DNA from: a virus
Strand: one strand, 5' to 3'
DNA: 64,000 nucleotides
Virus record (IMG/VR): IMGVR_UViG_3300042090_002370
Location: 32,001 to 96,000 of that record
Shown: positions 54,401 through 60,162 of the stretch, one piece after another
Numbering within the stretch: the stretch's first letter is position 1
Layout of the letters: each line of letters opens with the position of its first letter
Notes under the pieces: generated by a model
Databases searched by the model: none
The model's input: the letters and a program-made list of their open reading frames with translations, nothing else
Told to the model about the DNA's origin: nothing
Made by a program: the position numbers and the translations under genes

Positions 54401-57400
54401 TTCAGACTGGGCACCCACTACCGACGCCCAAGCCGACTTTTGCTTACCGCAAGTTCGAAGACATGCTACGCGGGAGTGGCATCAACATCGAGAAGAAGGG
54501 GCATGACCTTATCCTCTCGCCAATGACGGACCAACACATACGAGCGCTGGCGAAGAACGCACTGCCGCACCCTGCGGACATGCTGAACTCGAAGATGGAC
54601 AAGAACGGAGACCCTAAGCCTAAGGCCGGTGGGCTCTGGGATGAGAAGCTTACTGGTGGGTTGGGCGGTCGTCAGTGGACGCGAATCGAGCTATCTGAAC
54701 CGCTGCCAAACCCCATCTTCGAGAAGCCTATCAAGGCACTGACCGGGCTCTCTCCAAAAGACTTTAATGCTGTTCTGCATGGAAGTAAGGGCGTCACGGC
54801 GAATGGCAACATCACGGAGGCCGGCGCCGGCGTAACTGGCGGAGCGGGCATCAAGGTTTTGCTAGACCGCGTCAACGTTGCGCGCGATCTCGCCAAGGCC
54901 GAGGCTCAGCTGAAGATCGTCAAGGGGCAGAGCGTCGACCGTGTACTGAAGAAGGTAAAGTACTTGCGGGCGCTCAAGCAGATTGGGGTGACCCCAAGCG
55001 AGGCGTACATCCTTCACAACATCCCTGTCATGCCGCCCATCATGCGACCGGTATCGAAACTGCCGGATGGGTCACCTAAGTTCGACGATATCAACCAGCT
55101 CTATTCCGACTTCGCGAAGATCAACGATAAGTTGAAGGACCCCATCTTGGTGAGGAATCTCACTGACGAGGGGAAGTCGGATCTCCGCAAGGACTTCTAC
55201 GACGGCGCCAAGATGTTCATGGGCATGGGGCTCCAGTACGGAGATGCCAAGCACAAGGGGCTACTGCACCAGATTGCCGGCAGCTCACCGAAACACGGCT
55301 ACTTCCAGGACAAGCTCATCGCCCGCAAGCAGGATCTGACGATGCGCTCGACCATCGTCCCCGAGCCAGGTCTCGATTTGGATGAGGTGGGTCTGCCGAA
55401 GCACGCCGCGCTCGAGCTTTTCAAGCCCTTTGTCGTTCGCCAGCTCAAGCAGATGGGCGCCATACAGAACGAGGTGCAGGGCGCGGCCTTTGTAGAGAAG
55501 AAGAGCCCACAGGTCTGGCGTGCGCTCGATCGTGTGATGGCGGAGCGACCTATTCTCCTAAAGCGAGACCCTGCGCTGCACAAGTACAATGTGCAAGCCT
55601 TCCGTGCACGGCCTATTGAGGGCGACGCTGTGCGCATACACCCGCTCGTGACGGGCGGATACAACGCCGATTTCGACGGCGACACGATGAGTGCCTTCGT
55701 GCCCATCACGCACGATGCGGTGAACGAGGCCGTACGGATGTTCCCCTCTCATAACCTCTTCAGCGAGGCGACTGGCCGGCTTATGTACCAGCCGACGCTC
55801 GAGAGCGCCCTCGGACTCTACAAGCTGTCGGTAGTTGGTAAGGACTCCGGGCAGAAGTTTGAGCACGCTGGCCTGGCACTTGACGCCGTGCGTTCGGGGA
55901 AGCTTGGGTATACCGATGTCGTACACATCGGTGGCAAGAAAACCACGCCGGGGCGCATTCTGCTCTCCAGCGCGGTTCCGGAGGCTATGCAGAGCGAGAT
56001 GCTGCATGATCTTCACTATCGAATCGACGGTAAGTCAGCGGGCCTGAGCGCGCTTCTGACAGGCATTGCTAAGCATTACGGCCCGCAGTATGGAGAGGTC
56101 GTCAACAAGCTGAAGGATCTCGGCAACACTACGACATTCGGAGCAGCAGCGGTTCCGCGGGCTACTAGCGCTGGGCACGCGATGTCTTTTAGCACGTTGG
56201 GTAAGAACCCAGTCGCAACACTCAATAAGAAGATGGATGTCTTCATCCCAGTTGGGGCGCACACACTCTCGCTTAAGGACTTCGAGCCGGACAAGGCGTC
56301 GAGGGACCACGTGCTGTCAGCAGCTCACAAGGTCGTAGAGAAATACGCCGACGACCCGAAAATGACTAAGGACGAGAGGGATCGCAGAACCATTGCCGTA
56401 TACGAACACGCCGCCGACGAGATGAAGGCCCTACATGAAAAGAAGGAAGAGAAAGACCCAAGCAACCTCTACACAATGTACAAGGCTGGCGTGAAGCCTG
56501 GCTGGGACCAGTACAAACAGATGGTTCTAGCACCCATGATTTACAAGGATTCCGCTGATCGGAAGATTCCGATACCTGTGACCAAGAGCTACGCAGAGGG
56601 GCTAGACGTAGGCAGCTACTGGACTCAGATGCACGGCGCCCGACGCGGTTCGGTCATGAAGGTGCAAGAGGTCAGCGGTCCAGGCTATCTATCCAAGTTG
56701 CTCATGAACAACATGATGCACATTCTTGTGAACTCTCCTGATTGCGGGACGAGCAAGGGCATCGTCCTGGACGCCAATGAGGCAGATATTCATGATCGAT
56801 ACCTGCAGCAGGAGTTCACACACGGCAAGGTTACTTTTCCTGCGGGTACGCTACTCACCCCAAGCGTTGTCGGGAAGATCCGAGCGGCGAAGAAGGACGC
56901 CAAGCTGCTTGTACGAAGCCCGCTGAAATGCGAGGACCCGAAAGGGATTTGCCAGATGTGCTCAGGGCTTGGCTCGAGTGGTCAGCACTACGACCTGGGG
57001 CACAATCTCGGCGTGCAGTCTGCACAAGCCGTTGGTGAACGCGGCATCCAGTTAGCGCTCAAGAGCTTTCATACAGGTGGCGTAGGCGAACACAAGGGCG
57101 GCTCGAAGCTGCTCAACTCCTTCGAGCGCTTCAAGCAGCTTATGTACTTGCCTGAGAAAGTTCAGGACGAGTCCTCCCTAGCGATGAAGACTGGGAAGGT
57201 TGAACAGATCGTGCCTACGTCAACAGGAGTTGACATCTTCATCGGCGGGCAGAAGCACCATGTGGGCCGCGATACGAAGGGCATGCCGCTGCATCAGCCG
57301 CTGCCAGGCGCAGAGGCGGTAGAGGGCTATGTCCACTGGAAGGTTCCGGTGGTCGGGCAGCACCTCAAGGCAGGGGACACGCTCTCCGACCCCAACCGTA

Positions 57401-57915
57401 CGCTGCTCAACCCCCATCATCTCTATGCGGCGACAGGCTCCATTGAGGAGGTACAGAATCACCTCACGAATGAGATCTACGGGCTCTACCAGAAGGAAGG
57501 CATCAAGCGTCGAGCCATTGAAACGGTCGTGCGCGCGATGAGTAACCTAACCAAGGTCAATGACCCTGGCGAGCATCCCGATGTCCTCCGCGGTGAGTTC
57601 TACCCGCTGGCACAGGTGCAGCATATGAACCAAGAGCTGCTGCGCAACAAGAAGCGGCCTATCGAACACGAGCCGGTGATGAAAGGCATCAGCGCTATGC
57701 CTCATGCCCTCATTGAGGATTGGATGGCGAAGTTGCAGCATGAACATCTGCGAACGACGCTCACTGAGGCCGCGGCGATGGGCGGCATTTCCCACCTCCA
57801 TTCTACTCACCCGATTCCAGCCATTGCTTTCGGCGCCGAATTCGGGCTTACTTCCAAGGACGCGCTAAAGCCAGGGCATGAACACTTACGTGATGTGCCG
57901 GCGCATTACTACTAG
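51436..57915 (+). CDS. rpoBC: Single-chain DNA-directed RNA polymerase: fused beta-beta' subunits
   Basis: Beta motifs: YIIDGQE, NTPEGEKTG, LIPFL...NRASM, GYNFED, GDKISNRYGGKG, NPSGIPGRMNVGQ, GGQSMG. Beta' motifs: PVMPPIMRP, LELFKPF, catalytic NADFDGD (55663-55683), bridge helix HGARRG, trigger loop LKSFHTGG. No stop between the two halves. Start at 51436 or 51451. Confidence 0.96.
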   Translation: MIAAAMAYLDPKKAFEHLKERVLEGIQDQFAKNPIVGKKQSLHLEALEVRDKLGEADDIRAQHKAKVENDTWAVPIYATLALKDNETGKALDRRTIRIAEIPKTTNRHSYIIDGQEYQVNNQWQLRHGIYVKRRVNGELEAACNAGRGFDVVLDPATKVFRMEHGKSRGKLPIYPFLKTLGVSDEDLMKSWGKEMFEANQKAPKSDIALEKFYKADKPWAGTPTKEVAAEHFYDMMEKTHLRPESTQLTLGRPFTHVSGEALKLATEKMLKVQAGHPEDDRDSLVFKDLRTAGDFAYDAILHQRKNIETRAGRQIDKAKDAYDVMKFDMFNKPIKGALSSANAAAMPASQINPLEMASSAMQTTIMGAGGIRTAQQVQHEAKFVNPSHLGFLDPLNTPEGEKTGVTLRLPIGVRKVGHEAKIPLYNLLSKKTELVSPGEFMEANIVLPDQVKWEDGVPHPLHHTVRASSKGNEIRDVKFEDAHYVMRSPSQLFNMTSNLIPFLANTSGNRASMASRHMEQAVSLLHREAPLVQVGTGSDKEGIDTFENIMGYQASHAASEEGKVVAVNRDGIIIEDRLGKKHEVQLYNNYPLNDAKSVMHSTPVVAVGDHVKKGQLIADTNFSKNGTLALGTNLRVAYLPFKGYNFEDGVVISDSAAKKLSSEHLQKLMMPLDQETILDKKRFHISNPGLMTKEQYEKMDSNGIVRVGQKVQPGDPLVAAMRPYKLKDRTGMAAVRKAMGGRHDDRSMRWDSDFEGEVVGVHRSDKGLTVHVRTVEPMQVGDKISNRYGGKGIVTKILPDPEMPHTKDGKHIEVALNPSGIPGRMNVGQVFETSVAKIAEKTGKPYIVKNFDTNMDVIAKVQADLKAHGLSDTEELKDPATGQILGQVTVGPQHIFKLVHQIDKKLAVRSGSGTLPGAAAEHYDLNLQPMGGKSTGGQSMGTLGLFALLAHGAKANIREMQTYKSEGPDPQTDPAKRWPSDHHRIWAAIQTGHPLPTPKPTFAYRKFEDMLRGSGINIEKKGHDLILSPMTDQHIRALAKNALPHPADMLNSKMDKNGDPKPKAGGLWDEKLTGGLGGRQWTRIELSEPLPNPIFEKPIKALTGLSPKDFNAVLHGSKGVTANGNITEAGAGVTGGAGIKVLLDRVNVARDLAKAEAQLKIVKGQSVDRVLKKVKYLRALKQIGVTPSEAYILHNIPVMPPIMRPVSKLPDGSPKFDDINQLYSDFAKINDKLKDPILVRNLTDEGKSDLRKDFYDGAKMFMGMGLQYGDAKHKGLLHQIAGSSPKHGYFQDKLIARKQDLTMRSTIVPEPGLDLDEVGLPKHAALELFKPFVVRQLKQMGAIQNEVQGAAFVEKKSPQVWRALDRVMAERPILLKRDPALHKYNVQAFRARPIEGDAVRIHPLVTGGYNADFDGDTMSAFVPITHDAVNEAVRMFPSHNLFSEATGRLMYQPTLESALGLYKLSVVGKDSGQKFEHAGLALDAVRSGKLGYTDVVHIGGKKTTPGRILLSSAVPEAMQSEMLHDLHYRIDGKSAGLSALLTGIAKHYGPQYGEVVNKLKDLGNTTTFGAAAVPRATSAGHAMSFSTLGKNPVATLNKKMDVFIPVGAHTLSLKDFEPDKASRDHVLSAAHKVVEKYADDPKMTKDERDRRTIAVYEHAADEMKALHEKKEEKDPSNLYTMYKAGVKPGWDQYKQMVLAPMIYKDSADRKIPIPVTKSYAEGLDVGSYWTQMHGARRGSVMKVQEVSGPGYLSKLLMNNMMHILVNSPDCGTSKGIVLDANEADIHDRYLQQEFTHGKVTFPAGTLLTPSVVGKIRAAKKDAKLLVRSPLKCEDPKGICQMCSGLGSSGQHYDLGHNLGVQSAQAVGERGIQLALKSFHTGGVGEHKGGSKLLNSFERFKQLMYLPEKVQDESSLAMKTGKVEQIVPTSTGVDIFIGGQKHHVGRDTKGMPLHQPLPGAEAVEGYVHWKVPVVGQHLKAGDTLSDPNRTLLNPHHLYAATGSIEEVQNHLTNEIYGLYQKEGIKRRAIETVVRAMSNLTKVNDPGEHPDVLRGEFYPLAQVQHMNQELLRNKKRPIEHEPVMKGISAMPHALIEDWMAKLQHEHLRTTLTEAAAMGGISHLHSTHPIPAIAFGAEFGLTSKDALKPGHEHLRDVPAHYY

Positions 57916-57920
57916 GAGCC

Positions 57921-59195
57921 ATGCTGAATTGGGCATCGAAATTTCGCACGTCGATGACGAGCGTGGCTGGTCATGGGCCGGCTAAGATTTGCCAAGGGCG
58001 CATCGTCAACATCAATCTGCTCAAGTGGACGGTCGATGTTATCGCGCAATTCGACAGGAAGCGTTACTTCAACATCCAGGTGAGCTCGCCATATCTGCAC
58101 CATGCCAGCGGCGAGGGCATCTACGTCATGCCTGAGGTCAATGCGACCGTCATGGTCTGCATCCCCTCGGACAGCACGGCGCCCTTCGTTCTAGGTTTCA
58201 TTATGCCGACTGAGACCGTCGACTCCTCTACGGACGACGCGCCTCTCGGTACGACGCAGCACGCTCAGGCACCGGCGAACGCGACTGACTCCTCCTATGC
58301 CGCCGGACGCACAGCGAATCCTGGTGACATCGTTATGCGCTCGAGGGACAACAACTTTGTCATTCTGCATCGAGGGGGCGTGCTCCAGGTGGGTGCGACT
58401 CCGCTCGCGCAGCGCCTCTATATCCCTCTGCAGAATCTCGTGATGGACATCAGCGAGAACTATGAGCACCAGAATTCTGGTGGTGCCATCAAGTGGGGTA
58501 TACAGGAAGGCCCTTCGCAGACGACGCACCCCACGCAGTTCGTCCAAACCTTCCGTGTCTTTGCCGAGAATCAGTACGCGGACGTGCGCGTGACGTGCGG
58601 CGACATCACCGGACCATACGGGGACCCAGACGGCGGTGTTGCCGCTGCTGCGGATGGCTTGGGGCAGAAGAACAACACGGCTACAGCTAGCAACTGCGTT
58701 CTCTTCGAGATCGCCGTTACACCGCAAGGCTTCAACGTCAGCACTGGCGTGCCCAACGATGTTCCGGTTTCAGCGTCTACCTTCCGCTTCGCCTACGACA
58801 GAACTGGCAACGTTTTTTTACGTAATGCCGGCAACTTCTCCCAGCAAACGCAGGGTAAATACACGCTTTCGGTAGTCGGTGACCTCAGCGTTTCTTCGCA
58901 GGGTGTCGTGGAGCTCACATCACCCAAGAGCGTCAAGATCAACGGCGGAAAAGAGACGGACATTATAGGGACTGTCGTACGGCTGAATGCTGGGAAGAAC
59001 GCCGTGGCCTCTAAGGGCGACATGGTGCGTATCGATGTCGCAACCACTACGCCATTACAGGTCGGGCCGACTCCTATCCCGGTTGTCGGCTCTCCAACCG
59101 GCCCGTGGAGCATCGCTCCTGGAACACCCATCATCTTGACTGGCACGCTCTGGGGTTCGATTGTTGTCTGCCAAAACAGTTCGGTGCTGACGTGA
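57921..59195 (+). CDS. Baseplate central spike (gp5/gpV-like OB fold + beta repeats)
   Basis: AGGAG RBS; GRIVNI...VMPEVNATVMV...FVLG OB-fold pattern; PGDIVM; C-terminal beta-strand repeats and VASKGD. Confidence 0.6.
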   Translation: MLNWASKFRTSMTSVAGHGPAKICQGRIVNINLLKWTVDVIAQFDRKRYFNIQVSSPYLHHASGEGIYVMPEVNATVMVCIPSDSTAPFVLGFIMPTETVDSSTDDAPLGTTQHAQAPANATDSSYAAGRTANPGDIVMRSRDNNFVILHRGGVLQVGATPLAQRLYIPLQNLVMDISENYEHQNSGGAIKWGIQEGPSQTTHPTQFVQTFRVFAENQYADVRVTCGDITGPYGDPDGGVAAAADGLGQKNNTATASNCVLFEIAVTPQGFNVSTGVPNDVPVSASTFRFAYDRTGNVFLRNAGNFSQQTQGKYTLSVVGDLSVSSQGVVELTSPKSVKINGGKETDIIGTVVRLNAGKNAVASKGDMVRIDVATTTPLQVGPTPIPVVGSPTGPWSIAPGTPIILTGTLWGSIVVCQNSSVLT

Positions 59196-59809
59196 CCGTA
59201 CAGTTCGTAGAAGAGCTCTCGCTCGGTGAGCTGATGCCGGGGATTGTTCTTCTCATCCCACCACTGCTTGCCGGCTTCGATCTTGTTCTCACTGGGCCGT
59301 TCGGTCTTGGGACACTGCTAGCGGATGTCTCGGTGCAGCTCGCGGCGTCGATCTCAATTCAGGTGCAGATAGGGCTGCAGATATCGAACCCCTTTGCCGC
59401 TATTGAGGCGCAGCTTGCAGCGTTAGTACAAATTCAAGCGACGCTAGAGGCCTCGCTTTCTCTGGGGCTGCCTTCAGTAGCTGTTGGCTTCTCGGCATCC
59501 TTGAGCGCTAATGCTGCCATTGCGGCGTCCCTTGGCGCTCAGATTGGTGGTATTCAAGCGCTCATTCAAGCCTCCTTGGCATTGAAGATTCCAATCGTTT
59601 CCCTACTGGCTGCGCTGGAGGTCGGTCCAGCGGACCTCTTCACGGTCGGCTTCGATACGCCGGACAACATCAATGACATCGGTGCAGGTATACTCTCAGC
59701 TCGGCTGTCGCCCGGTTGCACGCTTGCGGACACCCCCGTCTACGGCGTCATCTTGCTCACCAACGGCGCTGCGGTACAGGCCAGCATGGGCCTCATCTTC
59801 AATCCGTAG
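59192..59809 (+). CDS. Hydrophobic Ala/Leu-rich virion protein
   Basis: GTG start overlapping the upstream stop (GTGA). Confidence 0.6.
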   Translation: MTVQFVEELSLGELMPGIVLLIPPLLAGFDLVLTGPFGLGTLLADVSVQLAASISIQVQIGLQISNPFAAIEAQLAALVQIQATLEASLSLGLPSVAVGFSASLSANAAIAASLGAQIGGIQALIQASLALKIPIVSLLAALEVGPADLFTVGFDTPDNINDIGAGILSARLSPGCTLADTPVYGVILLTNGAAVQASMGLIFNP

Positions 59810-59839
59810 CTAAAAAGAAGCGGGTTGTGCCCGCTTCTT
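59807..59839 (-). terminator. Terminator T6: hairpin + U-tract + AGCTA
   Basis: AAGAAGCGGG/CCCGCTTCTT inverted repeat; minus strand ends CTTCTTTTTAGCTA. Confidence 0.85.
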
Positions 59840-59845
59840 CGCGCC

Positions 59846-60083
59846 TCAGCGCGTTTCGGCCAGGTGCATCGAGTAGAGGATGGTTATGAAGACGCGCTCC
59901 GCACTTCGGACGATGACACCGGGCTTCTCGTGATTGTAGTTCACGAGGTCTGAGCGCACGCTCGGGTCCTTCAGAAACACGATACCTGGCTTGTGCGCCA
60001 GCCACTCGTTTGTCTCCTTCTCTACGACGTCAGGGGGCTCCGAAGAAGAACTTGATCTGCGGTTTGGGATGAAATTCGGACAT
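59846..60083 (-). CDS. 78-aa protein split by a +1 frameshift at CCC_TGA (programmed, or a 1-nt insertion)
   Basis: GGAGG RBS, MSEFHPKPQIKFFFGAP then stop. The +1 frame continues PDVVEKETNEWLAHKPG...ITILYSMHLAETR to TGA 59846, just before T6. Confidence 0.55.
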
Positions 60084-60102
60084 GGTAGGTACCTCCATCA
60101 TC

Positions 60103-60111
60103 CTTATCCCG
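60103..60111 (-). promoter_or_regulatory. Phage-specific promoter motif P7 (CGGGATAAG)
   Basis: Followed after 6 nt by GGAGG and then ATG 60083, the same geometry as P1. Confidence 0.75.
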
Positions 60112-60126
60112 CAGATGGCCTGAAGA

Positions 60127-60155
60127 TTGCGGCGCTGTAGTGCATTTGGTACCCT
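60127..60155 (+). promoter_or_regulatory. sigma70-like promoter TTGCGG-17-TACCCT (extended TG), leaderless
   Basis: -35 at 60127-60132, TGg, -10 at 60150-60155, 7 nt, then ATG 60163. Confidence 0.65.
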
Positions 60156-60162
60156 CATCGAC

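Noticed and set aside
51436-57915. Host chromosomal rpoB/rpoC locus
   Set aside because: No ribosomal protein neighbours; flanked by phage genes; otherwise invariant cellular residues are altered and the beta' zinc finger is missing.
59799-60005. 68-aa GTG ORF from the track
   Set aside because: It has a possible AAGGAG RBS but runs through terminator T6 into the opposite gene and is Arg-rich. The +1 frameshift reading fits the unit better, though this ORF is not fully excluded.
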